A stretch of 64,000 nucleotides of DNA, taken from NCBI RefSeq assembly GCF_053078305.1, contig NZ_CP166879.1; one strand, written 5' to 3'. Under the pieces are notes generated by a model that worked only from the letters and a program-made list of their open reading frames with translations, was not told the DNA's origin and searched no databases. The translations under genes were made by a program, and so were the position numbers. This document shows, in pieces, positions 22,174 through 33,023 of this stretch (position 1 is its first letter; each line of letters opens with the position of its first letter).

Positions 22174-22605
22174 TTACGATTTCAACTGGTAATCCAGCGT
22201 AATTTCCGCTTTCAGTACCTGAGAGACCGGGCATCCTGCTTTTGCTTTCTGGATGATGCCGTCAAAGGTAGAGGCATCAATACCCGGCACCGCAACTTCA
22301 CTCTTCAGTGCGATTTTCGTAATCGCAAAACCGGCATCCACTTTATCCAGCGACACATCGGCGGTGGTATCAATCGATGTTGGCGTGAATCCCGCTTCCC
22401 CCAGCATTAATGAAAGCGCCATTGAGAAACATGCGGCATGCGCTGCGCCAATCAGTTCTTCAGGGTTGGTTCCTTTTTCGCCTTCAAAACGCGTGTTAAA
22501 TCCATACGGCTGTTGGTTCAGCACGCCACTCTCGGTGGATACTGTTCCCTTCCCGCGTTTGATATCGCCTTCCCAGTGTGCCTGACCTTTCTTATGGATT
22601 GTCAT
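22174..22605 (-). CDS. osmC: Osmotically inducible peroxiredoxin
   Basis: 143 aa starting MTIHKKGQAHWEGDIKRGKG; OsmC/Ohr fold signature. Confidence 0.95.
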   Translation of the reverse strand: MTIHKKGQAHWEGDIKRGKGTVSTESGVLNQQPYGFNTRFEGEKGTNPEELIGAAHAACFSMALSLMLGEAGFTPTSIDTTADVSLDKVDAGFAITKIALKSEVAVPGIDASTFDGIIQKAKAGCPVSQVLKAEITLDYQLKS

Positions 22606-22665
22606 TGTTGCTCTCCTGTGGGCTTAAAAAGGAAATTATAGACTACGTGAGAAACAGCACGAGGA

Positions 22666-22684
22666 TAAGCAGGATATTCCGAAT
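22666..22684 (+). promoter_or_regulatory. Possible RcsB-type box in the divergent osmC/bdm promoter region
   Basis: TAAGCAGGATATTCCGAATA resembles an RcsB half-palindrome (TAAGnnnnnTCCnA) about 60 bp upstream of the osmC start; weak call. Confidence 0.3.
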
Positions 22685-22950
22685 AAAATCCGGCAGAAAA
22701 TATTACTTCTGCACTTAAATTAAATTCCCACAATAGATTACCGGGAATATATATCTCAAGAGAGATTGCATCAATATCATTCAACTCACCACAATAATAA
22801 TATCTATCAATATCATGGGGTTAAAATATAAAAATAATCAACCAGGACTAATCTTAACAACGAAGCGGCAAATATTTGCCATGCTGAATGTGCTTTATAA
22901 ATCTGCGATCCGTAGCAGACACCATAAATACACAGACACGGAGAATCACT

Positions 22951-23166
22951 ATGTTTACTTATTATCAGGCAGAAAATTCAACAGCAGAACCCGCTCTGGT
23001 TAATGCCATTGAGCAAGGCCTTCGGGCAGAGCACGGTGTTGTCACTGAAGATGACATTCTCATGGAGCTGACCAAATGGGTGGAAGCTTCTGATAACGAC
23101 ATCCTCAGTGATATCTACCAGCAAACGATCAATTATGTGGTCAGTGGCCAGCACCCTACGCTTTAA
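22951..23166 (+). CDS. bdm: Biofilm-dependent modulation protein
   Basis: 71 aa starting MFTYYQAENSTAEPALVNAIEQG, preceded by a GGAGAA Shine-Dalgarno; the ORF track extends it upstream. Confidence 0.88.
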   Translation: MFTYYQAENSTAEPALVNAIEQGLRAEHGVVTEDDILMELTKWVEASDNDILSDIYQQTINYVVSGQHPTL

Positions 23167-23267
23167 GGTGCTATGCTTGATCGGCAACCTAATTTAGGGG
23201 TTTAGCACGTGTTTCTTCGCTACGGCGATGTTGTCCTTAAAACTAGCAACAGGATTGAGGAGTTAAA

Positions 23268-23405
23268 ATGAAATCGAACCGTCAGGCACGTCATATTCTT
23301 GGACTGGACCATAAAATATCTAACCAGCGCAAAATAGTTACCGAAGGTGACAAATCCAGCGTGGTAAATAACCCAACCGGCAGAAAACGCCCCGCTGAAA
23401 AGTAA
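23268..23405 (+). CDS. sra: Stationary-phase-induced ribosome-associated protein (45 aa)
   Basis: Absent from the ORF track (under 60 aa); translation [45 protein letters not shown] with GAGG Shine-Dalgarno upstream and a terminator downstream. Confidence 0.85.
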
Positions 23406-23436
23406 TTCATAACCATCAGTCCTCAATGACGATTAA

Positions 23437-23470
23437 ACACCATTGCCTGCGCAATGGTGTTTTTGTTTTT
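23437..23470 (+). terminator. Rho-independent terminator after sra
   Basis: 10-bp perfect stem acaccattgc/gcaatggtgt, 4-nt loop, followed by TTTTGTTTTT. Confidence 0.85.
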
Positions 23471-23561
23471 ATCTGCTTTATACTTGGGGCCGACGCCCTG
23501 GCGGTAAAGCAAAGACGATAAAAGCCCCCCAGGGATGGATATTCAAAAAAGAGTGAGTGAC

Positions 23562-25259
23562 ATGGAACCAAAAACAAAAAAACAGCGTTCGCTTTATATC
23601 CCTTACGCTGGCCCTGTACTGCTGGAATTTCCGTTGTTGAATAAAGGCAGTGCCTTCAGCATGGAAGAACGCCGTAACTTCAACCTGCTGGGGTTACTGC
23701 CGGAAGTGGTCGAAACCATCGAAGAACAAGCGGAACGAGCATGGATCCAGTATCAGGGATTCAAAACCGAAATCGACAAACACATCTACCTGCGTAACAT
23801 CCAGGACACCAACGAAACCCTCTTCTACCGTCTGGTAAACAATCATCTTGATGAGATGATGCCTGTTATTTATACCCCAACCGTCGGCGCAGCCTGTGAG
23901 CGTTTTTCTGAGATCTACCGCCGTTCACGCGGCGTGTTTATCTCTTACCAGAACCGCCACAATATGGACGATATTCTGCAAAACGTACCAAACCATAATA
24001 TCAAAGTGATTGTGGTGACTGACGGTGAACGTATTCTGGGGCTTGGTGACCAGGGCATCGGCGGGATGGGCATTCCGATCGGTAAACTGTCGCTCTATAC
24101 CGCCTGTGGCGGCATCAGCCCGGCGTATACCCTTCCAGTGGTGCTGGATGTCGGCACCAACAACCAACAGCTGCTTAACGATCCGCTGTATATGGGCTGG
24201 CGTAATCCGCGTATCACTGACGACGAATACTATGAATTCGTTGATGAATTTATCCAGGCTGTGAAACAACGCTGGCCGGACGTGCTGTTGCAGTTTGAAG
24301 ACTTCGCACAAAAAAATGCGATGCCGTTACTTAACCGCTATCGCAATGAAATTTGTTCCTTTAACGATGACATTCAGGGCACTGCGGCGGTAACAGTCGG
24401 CACACTGATCGCAGCAAGCCGCGCGGCAGGTGGTCAGTTAAGCGAGAAAAAAATCGTCTTCCTTGGCGCAGGTTCAGCGGGATGCGGCATTGCCGAAATG
24501 ATCATCGCCCAGACCCAGCGTGAAGGATTAAGCGAGGAAGCAGCACGGCAGAAAGTCTTTATGGTCGATCGCTTTGGCCTGCTGACCGACAAGATGCCGA
24601 ACCTGCTGCCTTTCCAGACCAAACTGGTGCAGAAGCGCGAAAACCTCAGTGACTGGGATACCGACAGCGATGTGCTGTCACTGCTGGATGTGGTGCGCAA
24701 TGTAAAACCAGATATTCTGATTGGCGTCTCAGGACAGACCGGGCTGTTTACGGAAGAGATCATCCGTGAGATGCATAAACACTGTCCGCGTCCGATCGTG
24801 ATGCCGCTGTCTAATCCGACGTCACGCGTGGAAGCCACACCGCAGGACATTATCGCCTGGACTGAAGGTAACGCGCTGGTCGCCACTGGCAGCCCGTTTA
24901 ATCCAGTGGTATGGAAAGATAAAATCTACCCTATCGCCCAGTGTAACAACGCCTTTATTTTCCCGGGCATCGGCCTGGGGGTTATTGCTTCCGGCGCGTC
25001 ACGTATCACCGATGAGATGCTGATGTCGGCAAGTGAAACGCTGGCGCAGTATTCACCATTGGTGCTGAACGGCGAAGGTATGGTACTGCCGGAACTGAAA
25101 GATATTCAGAAAGTCTCCCGCGCAATTGCGTTTGCGGTTGGCAAAATGGCGCAGCAGCAAGGCGTGGCGGTGAAAACCTCTGCCGAAGCCCTGCAACAGG
25201 CCATTGACGATAATTTCTGGCAAGCCGAATACCGCGACTACCGCCGTACCTCCATCTAA
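23562..25259 (+). CDS. maeA: NAD-dependent malic enzyme
   Basis: 565 aa from [18 protein letters not shown]; Rossmann motif GAGSAG. Confidence 0.95.
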   Translation: MEPKTKKQRSLYIPYAGPVLLEFPLLNKGSAFSMEERRNFNLLGLLPEVVETIEEQAERAWIQYQGFKTEIDKHIYLRNIQDTNETLFYRLVNNHLDEMMPVIYTPTVGAACERFSEIYRRSRGVFISYQNRHNMDDILQNVPNHNIKVIVVTDGERILGLGDQGIGGMGIPIGKLSLYTACGGISPAYTLPVVLDVGTNNQQLLNDPLYMGWRNPRITDDEYYEFVDEFIQAVKQRWPDVLLQFEDFAQKNAMPLLNRYRNEICSFNDDIQGTAAVTVGTLIAASRAAGGQLSEKKIVFLGAGSAGCGIAEMIIAQTQREGLSEEAARQKVFMVDRFGLLTDKMPNLLPFQTKLVQKRENLSDWDTDSDVLSLLDVVRNVKPDILIGVSGQTGLFTEEIIREMHKHCPRPIVMPLSNPTSRVEATPQDIIAWTEGNALVATGSPFNPVVWKDKIYPIAQCNNAFIFPGIGLGVIASGASRITDEMLMSASETLAQYSPLVLNGEGMVLPELKDIQKVSRAIAFAVGKMAQQQGVAVKTSAEALQQAIDDNFWQAEYRDYRRTSI

Positions 25260-25392
25260 GCCTGCGCCCGGTAGTGAAGGCTACCGGGCAATTTCCCTCT
25301 CCCTTTTTCAGATCTCATCCATACTGGGTAGTGGCGAATAAATCTCATTTGCCTCACCTGCTATGCAGAACATCATCCGAAAAGGAGGAACT

Positions 25393-26403
25393 ATGAAGGC
25401 TGCAGTTGTTACGAAGGATCATCATGTTGACGTTACGGATAAAACACTGCGCTCACTGAAACATGGCGAAGCCCTGCTGAAAATGGAGTGTTGTGGTGTA
25501 TGTCATACCGATCTTCATGTTAAGAATGGCGATTTTGGTGACAAAACCGGCGTAATTCTGGGCCATGAAGGGATTGGTGTGGTGGCAGAAGTGGGTCCAG
25601 GTGTCACCTCATTAAAACCAGGCGATCGTGCCAGCGTGGCGTGGTTCTACGAAGGATGCGGTCATTGCGAATACTGTAACAGTGGTAACGAAACGCTCTG
25701 CCGTTCAGTTAAAAATGCCGGATACAGCGTTGATGGCGGGATGGCGGAAGAGTGCATCGTGGTCGCCGATTACGCGGTAAAAGTGCCAGATGGTCTGGAC
25801 TCGGCGGCGGCCAGCAGCATTACCTGTGCGGGGGTCACCACCTACAAAGCCGTTAAGCTGTCAAAAATTCGTCCCGGGCAGTGGATTGCTATCTACGGTC
25901 TTGGCGGTCTGGGTAACCTCGCCCTGCAATACGCGAAGAATGTCTTTAACGCGAAAGTGATCGCCATTGATGTCAATGATGAGCAGTTAAAACTGGCAAC
26001 CGAAATGGGTGCAGATTTAGCGATTAACTCACGCACCGAAGACGCCGCCAAAATTGTGCAGGAGAAAACCGGTGGCGCTCACGCTGCGGTGGTAACAGCA
26101 GTAGCTAAAGCTGCGTTTAACTCGGCAGTTGATGCAGTCCGTGCAGGTGGTCGTGTTGTGGCTGTCGGTCTGCCGCCGGAGTCTATGAGCCTGGATATCC
26201 CACGTCTTGTGCTGGATGGCATTGAAGTGGTCGGTTCGCTGGTCGGCACGCGCCAGGATCTAACTGAAGCCTTCCAGTTTGCGGCCGAAGGCAAAGTGGT
26301 GCCGAAAGTCGCCCTGCGTCCGTTAGCGGACATCAACACCATCTTTACCGAGATGGAAGAAGGCAAAATCCGTGGCCGTATGGTGATTGATTTCCGCCGC
26401 TAA
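25393..26403 (+). CDS. adhP: Zinc-dependent alcohol dehydrogenase, propanol-preferring
   Basis: 336 aa from [11 protein letters not shown]; zinc-ligand motif GVCHTDLH and Rossmann GLGGLG. Confidence 0.95.
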   Translation: MKAAVVTKDHHVDVTDKTLRSLKHGEALLKMECCGVCHTDLHVKNGDFGDKTGVILGHEGIGVVAEVGPGVTSLKPGDRASVAWFYEGCGHCEYCNSGNETLCRSVKNAGYSVDGGMAEECIVVADYAVKVPDGLDSAAASSITCAGVTTYKAVKLSKIRPGQWIAIYGLGGLGNLALQYAKNVFNAKVIAIDVNDEQLKLATEMGADLAINSRTEDAAKIVQEKTGGAHAAVVTAVAKAAFNSAVDAVRAGGRVVAVGLPPESMSLDIPRLVLDGIEVVGSLVGTRQDLTEAFQFAAEGKVVPKVALRPLADINTIFTEMEEGKIRGRMVIDFRR

Positions 26404-26493
26404 GAGGCCTTTGCTGCGACTGCCAGTCCTGGTGTCGCAGCATCGCACACTCTCCAACATGAAATGGCTAAATGGATTATTGTTGCGTAGGAA

Positions 26494-26528
26494 GGAACAA
26501 TAATGATAGTGTTCCCAGTGAAGGAACA
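26494..26528 (+). promoter_or_regulatory. Candidate operator: GGAACA-N10-TGTTCC palindrome plus a third GGAACA half-site upstream of yddM
   Basis: Hexamers at 26494-26499 and 26523-26528 with inverted partner at 26510-26515, 20-55 bp upstream of the HTH-regulator start. Confidence 0.35.
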
Positions 26529-26549
26529 CTACTGAGAGTAAAGACACTA

Positions 26550-26834
26550 ATGAAAATGGCCAATCATCCCCGCCCGGGGGACATTATTCAGGAATCACTG
26601 GACGAACTTAATGTCAGCCTGCGCGAGTTTGCCAGAGCAATGGAAATTGCGCCCTCAACGGCAAGCCGATTGCTGACCGGAAAAGCAGCTTTGACGCCTG
26701 AAATGGCAATTAAACTTTCCGTGGTGATCGGCAGTTCGCCGCAAATGTGGCTGAATCTGCAAAACGCCTGGAGTCTGGCAGAGGCTGAAAAAACGGTGGA
26801 TGTGTCGCGATTACGCCGTCTGGTTACGCAATAA
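26550..26834 (+). CDS. yddM: HigA-like HTH (XRE family) DNA-binding protein
   Basis: 94 aa from [45 protein letters not shown], a helix-turn-helix pattern. Confidence 0.85.
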
Positions 26835-26835
26835 A

Positions 26836-27040
26836 AAATGGCACCTTATAAAGCGCCATTTGAAACTGATGACAAATGCAACATTGCCTGATGCGCTACG
26901 CTTATCAGGCCTACACGTTCACTGCAATCTATTGTATTTGAAGGGTTTTCATGCCGGATAAGGCATTCACGACGCATCCGGGATGAACAAAGCCCACGTT
27001 GTCTACAATATGAAAATGGCGCCTTTTACAGCGCCATTTT
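26836..27040. repeat. REP/BIME cluster flanked by two near-identical hairpins (bidirectional terminator region)
   Basis: REP-like units GCCTGATGCGCTACGCTTATCAGGCCTAC and TGCCGGATAAGGCATTCACGACGCATCCGG; hairpins around aaatggc(g)c...gcgccattt at both ends. Confidence 0.75.
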
Positions 27041-27061
27041 CAGCTTAAAGTTCAATAGAGA

Positions 27062-27715
27062 TTATATCCCTTCTTCACTCTCTTTTTTCGCTTCTGCCTT
27101 CTCGATTTCACGATACCAGCGCGGATGGTGTTTCTTCGCCCAGCGACGGCTCACCTTCCCTTCGATCATCCCTTTAATCGATCCTTTCACCCAGAATGCC
27201 ATATACATATGGATCAGGATGGCGTGGATCAGGATGATACCCGCAGCCGCGTGGATCAGCAGGCTGTAGCGAACAACCTGCATCGGGAAGTACTGCGCAA
27301 AGTACGGACGCCAGATAATCACCCCGGTCACCAGCAGCACGAAAATCATGCTCATGATCGACCAGAACATCATCTTTTGCCCGGCGTTGTACTTACCGAC
27401 ATCCGCCACTTTGTGCTCATTGCCTTTTAATACTTCGACAATGTTCAACAGCCACGGAATATCTTTCTTATCCGGGATGTTGTGATGCACAAAACGCACA
27501 AACATAAACATCAGTGCGACGAAAATCGCAATGCCGAAGAACGGGTGCAAAATGCGTCCCATCTGCGGCGTACCGAAGGTTTGCGTCAGCCATTGCAGCG
27601 TCGGGAAGAAGAACGAAATCCCGGACAGCGCCACCAGGAAGAAGCAAATCACCACGGTCCAGTGACAGGCGCGATCAATAAATTTGGTGCGCACAATCAT
27701 TTTCGACTTACTCAT
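27062..27715 (-). CDS. fdnI: Formate dehydrogenase-N gamma subunit (cytochrome b556)
   Basis: 217 aa from [19 protein letters not shown]; membrane b-type cytochrome. Confidence 0.93.
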
Positions 27716-28592
27716 GATGATCCTCCTCGTCATCGTCCACTTCCTTATTCGGGCCAATACCGATGTAATGGAAAATCAACCCTGCAAAAGTGGCAATAAA
27801 GCCAGCCGCTGCCAGCGGTTTCAACGCGCCTTTCCACAGGCTTACCGAGGTGTCGATCTTCGGATCTTTCGGCAGACCGTGATACAGCTCCGGCTGATCG
27901 GCGTGATGCAGCACGTACATAACGTGCGTACCACCGACCCCTTCCGGGTTGTAGACGCCAGCATGTTCGTAACCACGCGCTTTCAGTTTCGCCACGCGCT
28001 GTTCCGCCAGCTCCAGCATCTCCTTCTTGGTGCCGAAGTGGATAGCCCCGGTCGGACAGGTTTTCACACAAGCCGGTTCCTGGCCGACGCTGACGCGATC
28101 GACGCAGAGCGTGCATTTATATACCCGGTTATCCTCTTTGTTGAGGCGCGGAATATTAAACGGACACCCGGCAATGCAGTAACCACAGCCGATGCAGTTT
28201 TCCGACTGGAAATCGACAATCCCGTTAGCGTACTGAATGATTGCACCAGCAGACGGGCACGCCTTCAGGCAGCCGGGATCTTCACAGTGCATACAGCCGT
28301 CTTTACGGATCAGCCACTCCAGCTTGCCGTTCTGTTCGGTTTCGCTAAAGCGCATCACCGTCCAGGACTTGGCGCTCAGATCGGCGGGGTTATCATAAAC
28401 CCCGACGCAGTGCCCCACTTCATCACGGATGTCGTTCCACTCCGAACACGCCACCTGACAGGCTTTACAGCCGATACAGGTGGAAACGTCGATAAGTTTC
28501 GCGACTTCTGCTTTGTAATCACGCACCTGAGAAGGCGGCGTGATGGAGTTAGTTGCGGACCTTTTGATAATGTCCTGCGTTTCCATAGCCAT
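27708..28592 (-). CDS. fdnH: Formate dehydrogenase-N beta subunit (iron-sulfur)
   Basis: 294 aa with four CxxCxxCxxxCP ferredoxin-type clusters. Confidence 0.95.
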   Translation of the reverse strand: MAMETQDIIKRSATNSITPPSQVRDYKAEVAKLIDVSTCIGCKACQVACSEWNDIRDEVGHCVGVYDNPADLSAKSWTVMRFSETEQNGKLEWLIRKDGCMHCEDPGCLKACPSAGAIIQYANGIVDFQSENCIGCGYCIAGCPFNIPRLNKEDNRVYKCTLCVDRVSVGQEPACVKTCPTGAIHFGTKKEMLELAEQRVAKLKARGYEHAGVYNPEGVGGTHVMYVLHHADQPELYHGLPKDPKIDTSVSLWKGALKPLAAAGFIATFAGLIFHYIGIGPNKEVDDDEEDHHE

Positions 28593-28604
28593 CTGTTCGC
28601 CCCC

Positions 28605-31600
28605 TTACGCCTTCTCGATGTTGACTAAGAACGCTTTATATTCCGGCGTTTGCGAGTTTGCATCACCGACATTCGGCGTCAGAGTGTTAGCGATATAACC
28701 TTTACGCGCGACACCCTCAAAGCCCCAGTGGATTGGAATACCCACCGTTTCAACCTGCTGACCGTTTACATTCAGCGGTTTCAGACGGCGCGTTACCACA
28801 GCCACCGCGCGGATAAAGCCACGCTTGCTTGAGACAGTGACACGATCGCCATTATTAATGCCTTTCGCCGCCGCCAGCGTTTCGCTGATTTCCACAAACT
28901 GTTCCGGCTGAGCAATTGCGTTGAGCAATGCGTGCTTGGTCCAGGTGTGGAAGTGCTCGGTCAGACGATAGGTCGTACCCACATACGGGAACTGCTCTTT
29001 TTTACCCATCCGCAGCGCGTCTTGTTCATACAGACGAACGACCGGGTTAGACACCACGTTCGGATGCAGCGGATTAGTGCCCAGCGGCGTTTCAATCGGC
29101 TCGTAGTGTTCCGGGAACGGACCTTCCGCCATTTTGTTGATGGCAAACAGGCGTCCCATCCCTTCCGGCTGCATAATAAACGGCCCGGTTGGCGTACCCG
29201 GTGCGGCATTGCCGAAGTCCGGAATATCGTTACCCGTCCACTTGCTGCCGTTCCACTGGATCAGCATCCGTTTCGGATCCCACGGTTTACCGTTGATATC
29301 CGCCGAAGCACGGTTGTACAGCACGCGACGGTTGAGCGGCCACGCCCAGGCCCATCCCAGCGTATTCCCCAGACCGGACGGGTCGGAGTTATCGCGGTTA
29401 GCCATCTGGTTGCCCTGCTCTGTCCAGCTACCGGTGTAGATCCAGCAAGAGGATGCGGTTGTACCGTCATCACGCAGATGCGCAAAGCTACTCAGCAACT
29501 GACCTTTCTTCGCAATCAGCACGCCATTTGCGTCATAGAGATCTTCCAGCGCATAGCCGTTGTTCTCTTTTGCCACTTCGTCAGATTGCGGTTCGTGCGG
29601 CTGCTTGTAGTTCCAGCTCATCTTCATCAGCGGTTCTACGCCTTTACCACCTTCGGCCTGGTACAGCTCGCGCAGATGATGGTAGATACCCGCCAGAATT
29701 TCGCCGTCGTTACGCGCTTCGCCCGGCGCGTCCTGACCTTTCCAGTGCCACTGCAACCAGCGACCGGAGTTAGCGATAGAACCATCTTCTTCGGCAAAGC
29801 AGGTCGAAGGCAGACGGAATACTTCAGTCTGAATAGACGCCGGATCGACATCGTTCGACTCGCCGTGGTTCTGCCAGAAGGTTGAGGTTTCAGTCACCAG
29901 CGGATCGATAACCACCATGTACTTCAGTTTGCTCAGGCAGCTCACCACTTTGTTTTTGTCCGGGAAGGACGCAACCGGGTTAAAGCCCTGGCAGAAATAA
30001 CCGGTGACTTTGCCTTCATCCATCATGTTGAAATACTTGATGACGTCGTAGGTCTGGTCCCACTTCGGCAGCCAGTCATAGCCCCAGTTGTTCTCTTTCT
30101 GCGCGGCATCGCCATAGAAAGATTTCATCAGGCTAACGAAGAACTTCGGATAGTTGCTCCAGTAGTTCACCTGATCAGCCAGCGTCGCTTTCGGCGTGTT
30201 CGCTTCCAGATACGACTGCAAATCAACCTGTTTTTCTGACGGCAGCGTCAGATAACCTGGCAGGCTGGTAGAGAGCAGACCTAAGTCAGTCAGACCCTGA
30301 ATGTTGGAGTGACCACGCAATGCATTCACGCCGCCACCGGCCATACCCATGTTACCGAGCAGCAACTGGATCATCGCCATAGTACGGATGTTCTGCGCAC
30401 CCACGGTGTGCTGCGTCCAGCCCAGCGCGTACAGGAAGGTGGTTGTGCGATCCGGTGCGCTGGTGGAGGCCAGCACTTCACACACTTTCAGGAAGTCGGC
30501 TTTTGGCGTACCACAGATGTTTTCAACAACGTCCGGCGTGTAGCGGGAAACGTGCGCTTTCAGCAGGTTCCACACACAGCGCGGATGAGTCAGTGTTTCA
30601 TCGCGTTTTGCATAGCCGTTTTCATCGAACTGATAGTTCCAGGACGACTTATCGTACTGGCGTTTTTCAGCGTCGTAGCCGCTGAACAGACCGTCTTCGA
30701 AAGCAAAATCATCACGCACCAGCAGGCTGGCGTTGGTGTAATGCTTAACGTATTCAGCGTTGATTTTGTCGTTTTCGATCAGGTAGCGCAAAACGCCAGA
30801 CAGGAACGTAATGTCCGTACCGGAACGAATAGGTGCGTAAATATCCGCTACAGAAGCGGTACGCGTAAAACGGGGATCGACAACGATCAAGGTTGCATCG
30901 TTGTTGTTTTTCGCTTCCATCGCCCAGCGGAAACCGACGGGATGCGCTTCAGCAGCGTTACCGCCCATTACCATTACGACGTTAGCGTTTTTGATATCCA
31001 CCCAGTGGTTGGTCATCGCACCGCGACCAAATGTTGGAGCAAGACTTGCTACCGTTGGTCCGTGTCAGACGCGCGCCTGGTTGTCTACCGCCAGCATCCC
31101 GAGGGAGCGGGCAAATTTCTGGGTCAGCATCCCGGTTTCGTTGCTGGCACCGGAGGCACACAGCATACCGGTAGAAAGCCAACGGTTTACCGTTACACCC
31201 TGCTCGTTCTTTTCAATAAAGTTAGCGTCACGGTCAGCTTTCATCAGCTTAGCAATACGGGAGAATGCTTCTTCCCAGCTAATGCGCTGCCATTTGTCAG
31301 AACCTGGCGCACGATATTCCGGGTAGCGCAGACGGTTTTCGCTGTTGACGTAATCCAGCAAACCGGCCCCTTTCGGGCACAGCGCACCACGGCTTACCGG
31401 ATGATCCGGGTCACCTTCAATGTGATAAATCGCTTCTCTGGCGTTTTTTGCGCCATCACCCAGGCTATACATCAATAGCCCGCAACCTACGGAACAGTAT
31501 GTGCAGGTGTTACGGATCTCTTTAGCGCGTAATAATTTGTAGTTTCGCGCCTGAGCCAGTGCTTGCTTCGGGGCAAAGCCCAATGCCGCTACTGTTGTTC

Positions 31601-31652
31601 CAGCCATACCGCCCGCGCAGATTTTAAAAAATTGTCTGCGACTGACGTCCAT
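28605..31652 (-). CDS. fdnG: Formate dehydrogenase-N alpha subunit, selenocysteine-containing, Tat-exported
   Basis: ORF-track fragments 31065..31652 and 28605..31016 are one reading frame joined through an in-frame TGA (plus-strand 31065-31067), context NQARV-U-HGPTVASLAPTFGRG; twin-arginine signal SRRQFFK. Confidence 0.93.
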
Positions 31653-31716
31653 TGCTTTCCTCTTTTTTCAGGGGTATTACTGCGCGAGGAAACTAACAGT
31701 AAAATTCTGAATCTTT

Positions 31717-31731
31717 TTGCGCGAAATCAAA
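31717..31731 (-). promoter_or_regulatory. Candidate FNR box for the fdnG promoter
   Basis: Minus-strand TTGATTTCGCGCAAA (TTGAT-N4-xxCAA type) about 65 bp upstream of the fdnG start; fdnGHI is known to be anaerobically induced. Confidence 0.5.
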
Positions 31732-31883
31732 AAGAACACGTGTTTGCCACAAAATAATCCGCCTGCGCAAATTGACCTACCTCAATAGCGGTAGAAAAAC
31801 GCACCACTGCCTGACAGGCCAGTTAAAAAAATGCTATAAAATTCAGCTTAATTTTTAACGGCAAGAGAGACAAAACAGCGAGC

Positions 31884-32765
31884 ATGACACGACAAAAAGC
31901 AACGCTCATAGGGCTAATAGCGATCGTCCTGTGGAGCACGATGGTAGGATTGATTCGCGGTGTCAGCGAGGGGCTCGGCCCGGTCAGCGGCGCAGCTGCT
32001 ATCTATTCATTAAGCGGGCTGCTGTTAATCTTCACGGTTGGATTTCCGCGTATTCGGCAAATCCCGAAAGGCTATTTACTCGCCGGGAGTCTGTTATTCG
32101 TCAGCTATGAAATCTGTCTGGCGCTTTCCTTAGGGTATGCGGCGACCCGTCATCAGGCGATTGAAGTGGGTATGGTGAACTATCTGTGGCCCAGCCTGAC
32201 AATTCTCTTTGCCATTCTGTTTAATGGTCAGAAAACCAACTGGCTGATTGTACCAGGATTATTATTAGCCCTCGTCGGCGTCTGCTGGGTGTTAGGCGGT
32301 GACAATGGGTTACATTATGATGAAATCATCAATAATATCACCACCAGCCCATTGAGTTATTTCCTGGCGTTCATTGGTGCGTTTATCTGGGCAGCCTACT
32401 GCACAGTAACGAATAAATACGCACGCGGATTTAATGGAATTACCGTTTTTGTCCTGCTAACGGGAGCAAGTCTGTGGGTTTACTATTTTCTCACGCCACA
32501 ACCAGAAATGGTATTTAGCACGCCAGTCATGATTAAACTCATCTCTGCGGCATTTACCTTAGGATTTGCTTATGCTGCATGGAATGTCGGTATACTGCAT
32601 GGCAACGTCACCATAATGGCGGTAGGTTCGTATTTTACGCCCGTACTTTCCTCAGCGCTAGCAGCCGTGCTGCTCAGCGCCCCGCTGTCGTTCTCGTTCT
32701 GGCAAGGCGCGCTGATGGTCTGCGGCGGTTCCCTGCTCTGCTGGCTGGCGACACGTCGTGGCTAA
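31884..32765 (+). CDS. yddG: Aromatic amino acid exporter (DMT superfamily)
   Basis: 293 aa, ten predicted transmembrane segments; divergent from fdnG. Confidence 0.92.
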   Translation: MTRQKATLIGLIAIVLWSTMVGLIRGVSEGLGPVSGAAAIYSLSGLLLIFTVGFPRIRQIPKGYLLAGSLLFVSYEICLALSLGYAATRHQAIEVGMVNYLWPSLTILFAILFNGQKTNWLIVPGLLLALVGVCWVLGGDNGLHYDEIINNITTSPLSYFLAFIGAFIWAAYCTVTNKYARGFNGITVFVLLTGASLWVYYFLTPQPEMVFSTPVMIKLISAAFTLGFAYAAWNVGILHGNVTIMAVGSYFTPVLSSALAAVLLSAPLSFSFWQGALMVCGGSLLCWLATRRG

Positions 32766-32768
32766 AAT

Positions 32769-32795
32769 AATTGCCGGGTCTACGGCCCGGCAATT
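32769..32795 (+). terminator. Hairpin after yddG
   Basis: aattgccgggtc / ggcccggcaatt 12-bp stem with one wobble pair; weak T-tract. Confidence 0.5.
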
Positions 32796-33023
32796 AATCA
32801 GATAAACTCCGACAATATTAAAAAATAAATTTCAAATACCAGTAATTCACCTTATATCTCATTTCGACTTCGATCACATATCGATAAATAATATTATTTC
32901 ATCTATTTTTCTCATTGTTTTTAATCACCATTCTAATTTAAAAACAGTATGTCATTTATAAATGACGCCGTTTAAAATTCGTTTAGAAAATACGTTTAAC
33001 GATAATTAAAAGGATTCTGTTAA

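Noticed and set aside
27684-28628. 314-aa plus-strand ORF antisense to fdnH, and 123-aa minus-strand alternative frame
   Set aside because: Fully overlapped by fdnH, whose four ferredoxin motifs fix the true frame; these are shadow ORFs.
28932-31478. Long plus-strand ORFs (317 aa, 389 aa and shorter) antisense to fdnG
   Set aside because: They lie entirely inside the conserved fdnG frame on the opposite strand, are Arg/Ala/Val-rich as expected for antisense translation of GC-rich coding sequence, and have no start context.
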